DNA from: Camelus ferus
Taxonomy: Eukaryota
Length of the DNA: 64,000 nucleotides
Direction: 5' to 3'
NCBI RefSeq assembly: GCF_009834535.1
Contig: NC_045707.1
Coordinates: 60,886,001-60,950,000, forward strand
The notes under the pieces are model-generated. The model saw only the letters and a program-made list of their open reading frames with translations. It was not told the DNA's origin and ran no database searches. A program made the position numbers and the translations under genes. Shown here one piece after another: positions 49,199 to 62,719 of this stretch (position 1 is the stretch's first letter; the number at the start of each line of letters is the position of its first letter).

Positions 49199-51384
49199 AT
49201 AATACTAAGCAATATTTTTGCTTAAATAAGATTCATTGAGAGCCTACTGTCCTCTCAACATCATTTCCATTGAAACAATGGAATGAATACTGTTTGGGTT
49301 CCAGGGCCAGACTGAAGTCTTTTCACCTAACATGGAACAAAACTTTACCATGAATTGTGCAAGTCATATCTCTGAGCCCTGGGAACAGCAGGTCATGTGA
49401 TCAGAAGGGAAGAAGGGAAGAGAAGGAGAAAGAATGGCACTTTCTGTTGTGGGAACTCACCAGCCCTAGGACTGATGACTGGTAAATACTGATTATTTAC
49501 ATATGGAGCACTATTCTCAATGCTGTATGTAAAAAAAACTTATTTAAACAGATATATTTTGATTTGTGTTGTCACCTGCTTTCCTTCTGGACCCCTTCTC
49601 CACTCTTCTCATACCTCTCTCCACGTGACCAGGGCACACATACTTGTCCTGTGCTCTCTGCTCAGGCTCTTGCCCTGGCCAGATGGACGTTCCAAGGTGC
49701 TCCATGTTCTAAAACCCTCTCTTCTCCGACCCCTACGCATCAAAATTGCCATTACTTCAGTGCAGCTGATCTTAGGTGCTAAGAAGAAACTTTCCAGAGA
49801 TGCTCTTATGTGCAAAGAGGATACCTCATAAGTCACATGCATTTGGTGGTATTTCAGGCAGGTGGGGGTCTGGCGCTGAAGAACAGACAGGCAGAGGTGC
49901 CAGGTTACTGAGTGGAAGGGTTGGCCCTTCTGAAGAGACAGTTTGTGGAGGCCACACCTCAGCGCTGTTTCTGTTTTCACAGCATCTTCCCTCCTCCACT
50001 TCTGAACACTAGGAAAGCACAGGGGAAAGGTACCAGCAAAGATGAAGTAGCACATTCAGCTTCTCTTAAATTCAATAGAACATCCCAAAGCAGGGGCAGC
50101 AAAGGCAATACTGTGAAAAAAAAAAAGGGGGGGGAGCCATCTTTGGGTTCAGGTTTTCTATTACAGTTGTTAATGTGCTAACATTGTATTTGCTGATCAT
50201 TGGCTGACCCATGTGAAAATTGATTTATACTTACCCCTTTTCGGGCAAGGTCTAAGTAGAAAAGAAAGTCTTAAAATTAACTTCTAGAACTCTTAGCCCA
50301 TGATAGTATCTTTTATCTTAATTCTTAACGATGGTGGCAGACTGAAACCTTCAAAGGCAGGGGATGCTGGTTTTCCTTGCAGATAACTTTCTGAAGTAAG
50401 AATTAACTATTTCACAAAGGCATAATCTTTGCTTGCTTCTAGGGCGTGATGTTTGCTTCTAAACGAAAAGTTAAGACCCTGTTAATCTTTGTCTTCTCCA
50501 AATTAACAATGCAGAGCTTAAAAGCATTAAGCTCAATTTCTATTTTTATTCTAGTAAAATTGCTTTATATACTTTCCAGAGGAATTTTAAAAAACTGGAC
50601 TTCTTCTGAAAGAAAAATAAATGTGAGAATAATTTATAAGGTATTTCCTGACAAGTAAAAGGGGTGTTTATGCCTCTTATTTTTGTGTTTTTCCTAATGA
50701 ATTGATTATCAAATTATATACAGTGGAATATTAGTGCACAATAGAACGGCTGACTAATGATCACAAAGTTTACTTTCGGAGGTTCTTCTTATTAACTGGC
50801 CCATGAAGCCAGGACTGTTGCCCGGCCCACCATTCATTTACCTTTTGTGGCTCTTGTAACCGAGCCACAATGAATTATTTGTGTTGTTCTCCGTGTAATC
50901 TCTTTTTTTCCTATTCAGCTGTGAGCTGCCTGAGGAAATTTGTCACGTTCAGCACCATATTTTGCATCCTGGTTGTGCTCATAGTCCCCGGGAGGAGGTT
51001 ACAGGCCTCACCAGAACAGAAATCATATATTAAATAAACAAATTGATAACACTAACCACATGAGGTTAAGTTCATTATGACAGTTCAGCAATGAATTTGA
51101 CCAAGTTTCTTGGCAGTAAGGGCCCACGTGAAAACATACTGGGCTTTTGTTCTAACTGAAAATAACACGTACACGAAGAGACACTTTTCCTTGAACTGAA
51201 CTCAAAGACACCAAGTGACAGAAGCGACCACATCTGTGGTTTCACGGAACAACCAAATGCTGTTCTAGTGAGTTATTTTATGGGTGCTCCCTAAATGTCT
51301 ACACTACATTGGACTAATGAGAATGTTTAGTACATAACAGATTACATGGGCCAGGTACCTTGGTTATCAGTTAATCAGACAGAA

Positions 51385-51620
51385 TATAGTTTGGTGTTTA
51401 ATGGCTCAGACTTTGGAGGCAGAACAATCTGGGTGTGCCCACTGGCTGTTCCCATACAAGCTGTGTGATCTGGGCAGTTTACTCCCTCTGAGCCTTGGTT
51501 TCCACATTGTAAAATACAACACTAATCCCTGCTCATAAACTTGTGTGAATTAAATGAGGTAATTTATGTAACCCTTCTGATGAAGAGTAAATGCTCAATA
51601 AATGAGAGCAAGTATTATTA
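51385..51620 (+). mobile_element. MIR
   Basis: cagactttggaggcaga...gctgtgtgatctgggcagtt...ctctgagccttggtttcc...gtaaatgctcaataaatg. Confidence 0.85.
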
Positions 51621-52650
51621 GCTCACAATACTGAAGCAACACTAGGGGAATCTAAAAAAACTAATAGTCATCGTAATGATAACACAGTTCCTTCCAATCT
51701 CAGGGGCCTCGGTAAGCTCTATGAAGTGACATATCTCAGTCATTTCTTGAGTGAGTTTTTCTAGCAAGTGTAGGAAATGAAGATAACTTTATGTGAATGG
51801 TTAAAGGGAGAGTCATATTTTAGATACCAGGTAGTAGGGGGCAAATTTGTTTGGCTAAGAAAGAGAATATCCCAAGCGTGGTATTCTGACCCAGACAGAA
51901 TTTCCACTCAGTTATCAGAAGCACAGATGGCAAGAGTGCTTGTAAATATAACCAAAGTCCCTTATCAAAAATCTAACTAAGTACTTGATTGAGATTCCCG
52001 AGCTGTGTTCCACATAAGAAGAAAGAGGAACAGAACATTATGGCATCGTGGGTTGCCAGTAAGTTAGGTAAAATCAATACCTCCAGAGCTGCTGAATGAA
52101 TAGAGTACCTTTGGGGTCTGCCTAAGGGTTCTGTTAAAATTTTGGAAACTGCTTACAGGTACAACCTTTTGAGTTTGGGGGTAAAGGCCACCAAGACCTT
52201 TGACATCAACTAGCCAGTTGGTCTGATGGTTTCTTACGATGACTTTTTCTACTTGAAACAGAGTAATGCCAACATGTTTTCTATAGCAGGAAAGCATTTA
52301 TTCCAGTCAATCTTATTAATCATCAAAATGAAACGGGTCTATGATGTAGCTTTTATTCCTACCTGTACTCCCAGTATGATGGAATAAAGCATTATAATGA
52401 TAATACAAAAATAAATGTTTCTGAAACTTGTAAACAGATTATGAAAGAAAGCTGACATGCTTCAAAACACTAATTGATCTACAGTTTAGGGGTGAGAACA
52501 GATCACACCTCGATCCCATCTAGGCTCTACCTATATGGTGCATTAGAGTAAACAGTTGAGCAACTTTATTTCCTATCCTTCATTTAGGGCAGGAAATAAA
52601 AACTTATAATGCCTAGAGATTTTTTTCTAGAGTGATTGGATCCCCTAGAG

Positions 52651-52850
52651 CTACGCTGTCTAATGAGGTGGTCACCAGCCACATGTAGCTCTCTAAATTA
52701 AAGTTAATTAAAATTAAATTAAAGTGTCAGTTCCTCGGTCACAGCAGCCACATTAACTCAAGAGTCATAATGTGGCTTGTGGCTACCATGGTGAACAGTG
52801 CAGATATGAAACACTTCAACCATTGTGGAAGGTTTTATTGGACAGTACTG
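52651..52850 (+). mobile_element. MER3 (hAT-Charlie)
   Basis: gctgtctaat...agccacatgtagct...aattaaaattaaa...ttattggacagtactg; flanks CCCTAGAG and TTCTAGAA (hAT-type target). Confidence 0.88.
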
Positions 52851-53059
52851 TTCTAGAATGATTAAAATTACTGGCTGCCAATTTGGGATGGTTCCTAGAA
52901 TTTTACAAAATACCAAGGTCATTCTAAGGTGGTAGAGTTGAGGGAAGTAATTTGTCCAACTAGCAGTGGAAATGTATACTTTTGTAATTCCTCTTATAAA
53001 TGTCACGCCCTAAGTAATTCTGTCCTGACAGCTGAGAACGGTTTCTCATTCCAACAATA

Positions 53060-53280
53060 ATGCCATGTTACCAGGTCTCTACAAAGCTCAGGTTTTCTTA
53101 TTAAATCTATACAATAGTTCTATGAGGAAGGTATTGTTATTTTCAAATGCAGATGAGGAAAGTAAGGCTCAGAGTGATGAATTTACTTGTCCCAAAGCAT
53201 TCAGCTGCTAAGGGGATAATAGGAATTTAAAACCTATGCTGTCTAATTCTAAAGCTCTATGTACTATTCACCACACTCTC
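53060..53280 (-). mobile_element. MIR
   Basis: ctatgaggaaggtattgttatt...cagatgaggaaagtaaggctcagag. Confidence 0.8.
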
Positions 53281-53387
53281 CAGTCTCTATCAAAGAAAAT
53301 CATAAAAGTGTTTCCTCTATATGAGCCCCATTAGATTCTTGAGCCAAACTCTTACACTTAATAACTTCACAACCTTATGAAAACAAT

Positions 53388-53540
53388 TTGACCTCCTGGT
53401 GCCTCAGTTTCCTCATCTGTAAAATGGGAATGATAACAGAAGTTACTTCAAAGGTTGTGAAAGTTAGTAGGCATGTGTGAAACATTTGGACCACTGCCTG
53501 GCGCTGGTAAAAGCTTAATCAGTATTTACTATTATTATCT
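53388..53540 (+). mobile_element. MIR
   Basis: gcctcagtttcctcatctgtaaaatgggaatgataaca (canonical MIR core). Confidence 0.85.
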
Positions 53541-54329
53541 ACTAAAGTGTTTTCCTAAAACAGAGATTGAGAAGGAGCTTTTGGTAGTTTCAATTGCTAA
53601 TTATTTATAACCAGGTCTGGAAAAACTCTTTAAATGATATCTGTTTTTCAAAGAGATTGGAGAGCCAGGCCTTCCCTCATGTCCACCCCCAGAAGTTGGC
53701 TGGCGGTGGCCCATCTACTGAGGTATCATGAAAGGAGAAGCCTCTCCTGGAGGCCTAAGCACAACAGCAGGAAATCCTCAGGGCAAAGGAGGTTTGTCCA
53801 AAGCCTAGACAGAGTATTTTCACTTACCCTTTTTTTGAAGAATGTAAGAAAGGGATGTAGATTTGGGACATAGAACAGAGTATTATCAGATAAGGGGCCA
53901 TGTGAGGATTGCTGTCAATTTGTTTTGCAGTTCTGAGTCTCCGAAGATAGTCAGAGAGCCTTTCTCATTGGCTCCTGGGAGGTAGGGTTCAGAGATCATG
54001 AACATAGAAAACTTGTTGGGTTTCTGGGGCAGTATTACCTGTGAACTTGGGCAGTTAAACAGAATGTCAAAGCTGAGCATCCCTTTACTATCCAGGACAG
54101 AAGACTCCGAGTTTACACCTAGAAACAACGTTGGAACAAACTATGCCTGCCACGCACAGCTCTAACAGCAATGGTCACACACACACACATACACACACAA
54201 ACCATGTACACAGGCAATAACAAAAATAGTCCCAGCCTCAGGGAAGAGGGTTCTGAACCATTTAACTAGAAATAGGAAACAAATCAAGTTCCAATAGCAG
54301 GAAAACAAACACCAAAAATACCCAAAACA

Positions 54330-54452
54330 TGCAGGGAGGGTATAGCTCAAATAGTAGAGCACATGCTTAGGATGCATGAGGTCCTGGGTTCAATCCCTAG
54401 TACCTCCTCTAAGAATAAATAAATAAATAAACCTACTTCCCCCCCCGCCCCC
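54330..54452 (+). mobile_element. Camelid tRNA-derived SINE (Vic-1-like)
   Basis: gggagggtatagctcaaatagtagagcacatgcttagg...gaggtcctgggttcaatccc; TSD AAAATACCCAAAACA/AAAATACCCCAAACA. Confidence 0.9.
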
Positions 54453-55484
54453 AAAATACCCCAAACACACACAACAAAATAAACATCCTTCTCCTTAGAA
54501 GTAGAAATCTTGTGGCCGTGACCTTCTGGAGTCAGTTATATCATACAACTCAGAATAATTCTGGGGAAGAAGGGTGGTGGTGGATTTCAGGCCCCAGTAG
54601 ATATGGAGTAGCCCCTCACAGGAGGCCGGCAGAGGAGAGGGACAATTTCAGAAAGCAGGAATCTGTTGGCAAATCTCAAGCAGCATTTCATCTTTATTTA
54701 GGGCCAGGCCTCATTGTACCATCCCTTCTGCAGACCTCGGTGTCACCGGCAGGAGGACAGGAAGGCAGGATCAAAAGCATCAGTCAACAGCCAAGGGACC
54801 CTTTGTTAATCATCAGCCTTGTTTAATTTACTAAGTCAAGCAGAATTTAGAAACAAAAAGAATTATATTTCCTCCTTATGGCTTTTCCAGTTTTCTCCAA
54901 AACTATTCTTTTTCCAAATAAAGATCATTTCTACTTCTTTCTGTTAACCAACCAGTATTCTGTTTATAAAAGAAAACAATCATAAGCTTCTAAGTGTTTA
55001 ATATGTGCCAGGCATTCTGCAAGCCACTTAAGCGTGATTTCACCTCATCTTCACAAATCTTGAGCAGGGTTGCTAGAAAGTGGCAGAGCCAGGATCTCTA
55101 TTCTGTCCTGTGTAGAGTCTGTAAGTTTGCTTTTGAAGCTTTTCCTTTTGAACTCTTTGTCTGCATGGGGTCCCTCCCTATCATTTTCAGTTCAAACAGG
55201 ACTCATACCCGCTTCACACACACACACTTTGATGTTGGTCTCCACCTCACATCCCTTGATAGGTTACAGCTGCCCCTACACAGATGCCTGCAGGAGAAAG
55301 GGGGGCGGGAACCGGTCTCACATTTTCTATTTTTCTTGATTTTATTTTCCCCTACATCCTATTGAAGCCTATATAGTTGTTTCAGGCTTTCCCTTAAGTT
55401 GGGGTTACTAAAAGACATTCTAGGATTCACGGGAAAGTAACTTTAGACTGTATGCTTAACATATGCTTTTTCCATAATATAGAC

Positions 55485-55703
55485 CAGAGGTTGGCACATT
55501 TTTTCTGTAAATGGCCACAGAGTAGATAGTTCAGGGTTTGAATCGATTGTCTCTTTTGCAAAAATTCAACTCTGCCCTTATAGAGAAAACAGCCGTAGAT
55601 GACATGCAAACAAATATTCCTGGCTGTGTTCCAATAAAACTTTATTTACGAAAGTAGGCACTGGGCTGGGTTTTGCCTGTGGGTTAAAGTTGGCTGACCT
55701 CTG
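55485..55703 (-). mobile_element. MER58A (hAT-Charlie)
   Basis: cagaggttggcac...ggctgtgttccaataaaactttatttac...gctgacctctg. Confidence 0.88.
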
Positions 55704-55711
55704 GTCTAGTC

Positions 55712-56024
55712 TAGTGCTGTCAACAGAAATGTAATGAAAGCCAGAAATATGATTTTAAAGATTTTAGTAGCTGCATTAAAAAAGTAAAAAGAAATGGAAA
55801 ATTAATTTTAATAATGTATTTTATTTCCAATGTATCCAAAATATTATCATTTCATCATGTAATTAACATTAAAAACTATTGATGAAGTAGCTAAAATGTT
55901 TTATTTATTCTGTCTTTGGAATCTGGTGTATATTTTGTGCTTAGAACACACCGTAGTTCAGACCAGCCACATTTCAGTGCTCAATACTGCATGAGGTAGT
56001 GGCTACTGCATTGGATTGGGTTGC
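55712..56024. mobile_element. MER33 (hAT-Charlie)
   Basis: agtgctgtc...aaaaagtaaaaagaaa...tatccaaaatattatcatttca...gccacatttcagtgctcaata...gtggctactgcattgga. Confidence 0.85.
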
Positions 56025-56262
56025 TCTGGACTCTTTGCAGGTTTCTCTAGTTCCTCATCTGGTCCCCCTCTCCTTAGGTCTACCCATCTGCTTACTCATC
56101 CTACACCCACAGAACCTATATCAGGATCCTTACTCTTTCCCCTGAGTTTGACTTACTCAGTATAGAATAGCATTCAGGGTCTACCTCAGGCTGCCAATGG
56201 TGGCTTTGGTCACTTCAAGTCCCAAAGAACAGTGTGTGTGTTCTGTGGAGTAAGGTTGGTGG

Positions 56263-56625
56263 TGTCCAGCTTAATTCTTTCAAGTTGGTATAACAAAAAT
56301 ACCATATCCTGTGTGGCTTAAATAGCAAACATTTATTTCTTACAGTCCTAGAGACTGAGGCGCCCAAGATAAGGGGTCAGCAGATTCCACATCTGGCGAG
56401 AACCAGCTTCCTGACCCACAGACTGCCATCTTCTTGCTGTGTCCTCACATGGCACCAGGGCCAGGGAGCTCTCTGGGGTCTCCTTCATAAGGGCACTAAT
56501 CCCATTCATAAGGGCTCCATCCTCATGACCTAATCACCTGACAGGCCTCACCTTGGGATCAGCATCACATTGGGATTAGATTTCAAAGTATGAATTTTGA
56601 GATAATGCAAACATTCAGTCTGTGG
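56263..56625 (-). mobile_element. MaLR LTR, MLT1A0-like
   Basis: ataacaaaatacca...ctgtgtcctcacatgg...ataagggcactaatcccattcat...cctcatgacctaatcacc...aaacattcagtc. Confidence 0.88.
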
Positions 56626-57284
56626 TGGTATTCCAGGAGAATCACCCAGCAGTCCAGGTCCTGAAGAGCAGCAGAAATTTGTGCGCACACTCTAGTGTGG
56701 TACCTTTTGAGCTTTCTCCACCAGAATGAGTTTTAGACCCTCTTCTTTATTTTTTTCTCCAGTTATCCAGAGAGTAACTATTGGATTTGGAGTCTCTCTT
56801 TTAACTCTCCATCTCTCTATCTCTTTCTCTCTCTCTGTCTTGGTCTCACTGTATCTCTGTCCCTCTGTGTGTGTGTGTGTGTCTCTGTCTGTCCCTCACA
56901 AGTATGCACACACGTGCACACAAATACTGCTGCTCCCCACCCCACCCCAATGCACACAAAAGGAAAATATTACTTCCTTAAGACTATACCATCTAGTAAA
57001 TTTGCAAGGCAGGAGAGAAAGACTTTTTTTCCCCATAATTGATCTATAGTTTGCCATGTTGCCTCACTTACCTTGGAATGAACACTTCACAATAGCTTAA
57101 AAGAGTGGTATTCATTTCTTTCCTTTATCTTTTTACCTCCCAGTTTCCAGTTTTATCTGCTTAGGACTGCCAGAAATAAGAAACCGACTAATCACTGAGC
57201 CACTTACTTCTTACGGTTACACTCCTAGTTACACAGAGACGCATCTGAAAGCTTCAAGCCCAGCTGAATTCTTAGACCAAGCTG

Positions 57285-57705
57285 TGCTGGCTTGGATGAG
57301 ACCACACTGTAACAGAGACCCAACAATACAGCAACATAAAGAATATAGAGTTTATTTCTCTGTCATATAACTAATATGAAGGAGGTGGTCCAGGTCAGCA
57401 AGGCAAATGTTAGGTTTCTCCATCACCCCCTGGGGCATGTCCTTGTCCACACTGTGGAAAACCCTTAGCCACCAAGCCAGGCTCTGTAGCTGGAAAGTCA
57501 ATGAGAATATAGAGAAGGCAAATCAAATGTCTTAAAAGTCAAGCCTAGAAGCAGTACACGTCATCTCTGCTCATGTTCTGTTGGCAAGAATTTAGTAACA
57601 CAGTTGCATCTCAATGTGCAGAAGGCTGAGGAATTTAGGACAGCAGCCATGCACCAGGACATAAACGAGACTAGATTTTAGTGGGTAAAGAAAAGTCTCC
57701 ACTAA
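57285..57705 (-). mobile_element. Old MaLR LTR (MLT1K/L-like)
   Basis: ctgtaacaga...gtttatttctct...cctagaagc...ctgctcatgttctgttggcaagaa...aaggctgagga. Confidence 0.6.
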
Positions 57706-58487
57706 GGGGTATATTCCCTCCCAGGCTGACGGGACTGTGAGCATTGAAATCAGTTTTCAAATGTCAACTTCATTATCTTACATAATGATTGTAACAGTCC
57801 TATGGGATCAAAGTTATTTCCATTTTACAGATAAGGAAATCAAGAACTGGGTTATGTAACTTTCATAGAATATTGTTCCTTGTTAAAGTACATTTTTCCT
57901 TTTATTATGTTTATTTGGGATATAGCTTCAACTAGATCATAAAATCCTGTCCCCAGTGTTATAAAATTCAATATCTAAACATAGCAGTTGCTTAATAAAA
58001 CTTTGCTAATTGAATGACTAAATTAATGATGAACATATACTTATGTGCTGATGCTAGGAACTAACAGAAATAGACTTCTTGCTACATAGGTAAATTATTT
58101 TGATAAGATCTAATACTTTAAAATTCAGATAATACAGACAGCTATTAAAGGATATCGAAGATGGCTGCTAATTTCTTCTGCAGTGCTGAGTCATAGAATC
58201 TTGTTTATTTGATTGGTTCATCAATCCAGCATTAAAAAAAAAACCAAACTGGTCAAAAAAGCTAACTTTTTAATGATTCAGTCAAATGGTTTATACATAC
58301 ATTGCATAAAAACCACTTGATAAAAAGATATAGATTTTTGTAGCCAAGGTTGGTCCTTAGATTAGAACAAGAAAAAGAAAGAAAACTAATACTTACTGAG
58401 TAAATTGTATGATAGGCCCTTTATATAATCCTTACAAAACTCCATTAGGTAAACAGCATATAATTATTCACATATTCAGAAGGAGGT

Positions 58488-59028
58488 TGTCAGGGAGGAA
58501 AAACTTTTCCTCTACTTTCTTAGGTTCTGTCCATGGTGGCCTGTGAATTAAACTAACAAAAGACAGATGAACAGAGAAAAAAAGTACAGAATTTAAAAAA
58601 AAAATTACATGCACAGGAGTTTACAGAAAATAAGTGAAACGCAAAGAACCATTGTCCTTGGGAACTTTTATACCCTTCTTAACCAAGGAAAGAAAATTTG
58701 GGCTTAAAGGGATGATAAATTGTGGGGAGGTGACTACAAAATATATGGGAAAAACTAACAGAAGAGAAGGGCTACTGAAGCAAATTCTGTTTGTGCAACT
58801 CATCTGGGTGTTAATGCCTCATCTTTGATTACAGGGGTTGCTCATCTCTCCCTGGTATGAATGGGGGAGGCATCTTTCTCAAAGGGAAATTTATATCCTG
58901 CTTATAAGCAATAAGGGAAGGGCAGAGAACTCTTCCTGCATCTGTTGACTTTCAGTTGACTTCAGCTCAAAATAATCCTTTTGCCCAAAGTGACATCCTT
59001 TGAGTGCGGAGGATTCTGATCCTCTTCA
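58488..59028 (-). mobile_element. ERV1 LTR, MER34-like, inserted into a MIR
   Basis: TG...CA termini; aactaacaaaagacagatgaacagagaaaa...cttcagctcaaaataatcc...ctgatcctcttca. MIR halves lie at ~58388-58487 and ~59029-59125. Confidence 0.78.
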
Positions 59029-60614
59029 GTGTTCAGGAAGATTTAATTACTTGTCCAGGTTTACTCCGGTATTGAGTGGAGGGTTCTGGGATTGAAATCC
59101 ACCTCTGTTAGCCTCTAAAGCATCTGCTGTTTGAATACAAATATTCAGAAACGCAGTCTGGCTTCCCTGTTTTATTTAACATTCTTAAAATTATAGTTTC
59201 ATCCCAAATTAATAACCTTATTTTTTTTAACTGTAGCACGATGCTGGTTCAAAGGGCTTTTATGAAATATCTCATTTGATCCTCTGGGTAGTAGGATGGA
59301 CTTGCTAAACTAGTTTTACAGATCAAAACACTAAGGAACAATTTAGTGACTTGACCATGGCCAACAGTTGTTAACATTGTTGCAACCGTGATCTAGGTCT
59401 TCTGAATTCCATTATGGTGCCTTTTTTTGGCTCTTTCATTGTGGGCCTCTTCTCTAACTGCCTACCCAAGGAATTTAAATGGGATTATTCCCTTCAACGA
59501 CAGACCTCTGGGTAGTATGAAGGTCATTGTTCTAAAATCCTACAACCTGGGACTGAGTCCATGTTTAGTCATTTACTGCTCTGTGGGGATAATAGGACCT
59601 GCCTTGTGGGATGAGCTTGGAAGGAGATGAGGCGATAGGGAGCATTACAAAGGGGCCTCACGTTTCCCTGTAGAAGAATCTTCACCAGAAAAACCTGCTT
59701 TATTTGTTCAGACTGGATTGTTTAACCCCAGGGCAGAAGGAGTGATGTATCTGATTGAGGAGTTTGGGAGAGAGAATTAGGCAAACAAAGCCTTCTTGGG
59801 TTCCCTTTTCTCCAGAACTTGCCCGGGTCTGCCTTCTGCCCTGTTGGGGGTCTGGAAGGGCCTGTGCCTGTGAGGAGGCCTGTGTTAATCAAAGGTGAGG
59901 TCTGAGTAAATCCACTGCAGATACAAAGCCAGATTCTCTAACCTACCTTATCTGTACTATTTCCATCTTGATTTACTGGCCTCCTGCATCTCTCTTTCGA
60001 TTGATTCTAAACTCAGGCAGGGAAAATGCGTTTTGTTTACTGGCTCCCTGGAACTGAACAAGTAGATAGATTCCAGTACTTTCCTTGGTCATAGAAGGTG
60101 TCCTAAATTCATTGAAAAATGTGTCTGAGTGACAATTTCTGACGTGTGAGCCAAGTTTTAACTTGTAGGTGTGAAAAATGCTTTTATGTAATTATAAATC
60201 TAAATGGGTATTGATTTCCCTTTAAAATTATAGTTTTTGTTATTGGTGGTTCTGGTGAAATTTGGTAAGTACTTCAGAAGATTCAAGATGTCATAAGAGC
60301 AAACCGATTATAAAAAAAGAACACCTGAACAAATGGAATAATAATTAATGATGCTAATAAAATATCACTAAAGTTGGAAAAATGGAAGTCAATCCTTCTG
60401 CATTTTAACTTACAGTCATCAAAGTGATTAGTGGTAGGAAAGTGCAGAGATCCTCCTTGAGCTAATTTTTGACAGAAGAAAGTCATAACCCACTTGGGCT
60501 TTAAATAATTATTCCTTGAATTTGTAATATTTCTTTTACTGAAGTCTGGGATCTCTTGCACCCAAGGGAATCACTACATCAACTCTTAACAAGATCAGGC
60601 TGGTAGATACTGCC

Positions 60615-60930
60615 TGATTCACCTTCCTCCTCTGGTGTCTCAGGTTCTGCCCTCTGCCCTTCCCTCTGGTCCAGGTCTTCTTTGCTGACTCATCATTTCT
60701 GCCAACTCTTTAAATGCTGGAGTTCCTGGTCCTCTTAGTTTCTTCCTACCTTTCCTACGCGCATCTTCATCTACACTCCTTGCATCGAGGATTTCTAAAT
60801 CTGTGCTTGCCCCTCGAGTTTTTCTCCTGAACTGCACATTCAGACTTCTAAGTGCTGGAGTTATCACCCCTGTTTCAAAGGCAGCATGTCCAGAACTGAA
60901 CTCATTTTGCACAGTCCTTCTCCCATATTG
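60615..60930 (+). mobile_element. L2 ORF2-region fragment
   Basis: ctttaaatgctggagttcct...tctcctgaactgca...catgtccagaactgaactcat. Confidence 0.65.
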
Positions 60931-61224
60931 GAAGATTTCATATAAAAGTCAGCTTCTCTTGAAACTTGAAAATAATACGGAGCCCATGTGACAACAGCTG
61001 GCTGGAGCTGGGGAGTAGCTGCTCCCTTTAAATGAGCTCAATGGTCCCTGGTTGTTCACCATTCCTACCTCTCCCTTTGTCCTATACCCGGCTGACTTCA
61101 CCAGTATGTTTGTGGCCTGGCAACTGTAGATGTTTGAGTTTGTGAGCATGATCTAGGCCATACTACATCATGTGTTGAATTAAGAAATAAATCAAAGAAC
61201 CAAATAGCATCACTCTTTTCTATT

Positions 61225-61445
61225 CAGGCTGGAATTACCTGGTATTATTGAATCCTGGTTCTTCCTGTTACTAAACTAATTGCAACTTTGCATAAGTGAT
61301 TTAATTTCTCTGTACCTTGATGATCTCATCTATAAAATAGTGATAGTAATAGTAGCTACCTTGCAGGGTTGTGAGAGGTGAGTGAGAGAAAATGTGTAGG
61401 TGACTTAGAACAATACCCACCGCATAAGTAAGCCACAGTGTTTGC
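61225..61445 (+). mobile_element. MIR
   Basis: tgaatcctggttct...aagtgatttaatttctctg...ctcatctataaaatagtgatagtaatag...cagggttgtgag. Confidence 0.8.
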
Positions 61446-62094
61446 TGCTCAGCCCCTGTTCTTTGTTGGTTACTCTTTTCTGGATTTTTGTAACATTTTT
61501 CAAAACTCTTTATGAAAGAGATTGTTTCATAAAATTTTGGAAAATAGATTACTTTGGTTCATGACCTGTAAAGACTACAACTTCAACTATGCAAAACTAT
61601 GTGAATGCATTTTTTATTACTAAGAAATCACATTTCTGTAGTTAAACAGAGATTCAGTTGAACACCTGAAAGTAGGCCCATACTAATAGTCCCAAACTGA
61701 GTTGACAGACACTTGGTACTAACACAGTTCATGACTTGGCGAGAGTTTTTGTCTCTATATATGAAATGCCAGGCCCAGCCAAAGCCAGAAGTCATTGTCT
61801 GAGCAGTTTTGTATTCCACACTGTACCTCCTATATGACCTTGAACGACTAGACCAAAACTTCTTCCATTTGGCTGGTCTCTGGCCAGGAATGCTGTCCTG
61901 CTCTGGTCGCAAAGCAAGTTCTTACCTCCCCTGTGAGGTTGGTTTGCAGCATCACTTCCGCGTTGTCTTTTCATATACCTTTTCCTCTGATGTTGAGTTG
62001 AAACTGCTTGTTTACGTATCTGTTTCTCTTTGAGTGAATTCCTTGAATTCTGAGACATCTTAGGCATTTCACTAGAAAGGATATGATGACTGCC

Positions 62095-62315
62095 TCAGGC
62101 TTTGGTGCCAAACTGCCTGGATTCAAATCCTGACTCTGCCACTTATTGGCTCTGGAGTCCAGGGACAGGTCCTGGATCTCTCTGAACTTCAATTTCCTCA
62201 TCTTAACAGTAATTCATAGGGTTATTGTGAGGATTAAGTGAACTAATACTTGTAAAACTATACACAACAGTGTCTGCACGTGGAAGGCATTTAATAAATG
62301 TTAGTGATTATTATT
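62095..62315 (+). mobile_element. MIR
   Basis: ggctttggtgccaaactgcctggattcaaatcctgactctgccacttatt...gggttattgtgaggattaagtga. Confidence 0.85.
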
Positions 62316-62719
62316 GCTGTGGACTTGATTTTTATTTCCATATTCTATCTCTGGTTTCCCCAGTTGCTCAAATTTACCTTGCTGCCACTAATACAACTCT
62401 AATTTTACTGCTCTTTGCTTCTTCTAGCTGTAAGATCCAAAGATTCAAAATATGAATCACAATTCAATCCTGCAGGGATAGAATATTAAGAAATGAAAGA
62501 TTTCAAGTGTCTAGTATCGGCAAAATAGCCACATTCCAGTCTCTTCTTTTTTTTTTTACTTATCCTATTACTCCACCCTGCGCCCTGATAAGCCCCTTCT
62601 AGATAACTAAATTGATTCTCTTTTATGTCTATACTCACTCTTACTCCCTTCTACCTCCATTTTAATGTGTTTGCATTTAATTAGTACAGTGTAACTAATT
62701 AAATGGATGTACTAATTGC

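Noticed and set aside
49609..50055. Longest ORF (148 aa)
   Set aside because: It has no recognisable domain or supporting splice structure, and its length is compatible with chance in 64 kb.
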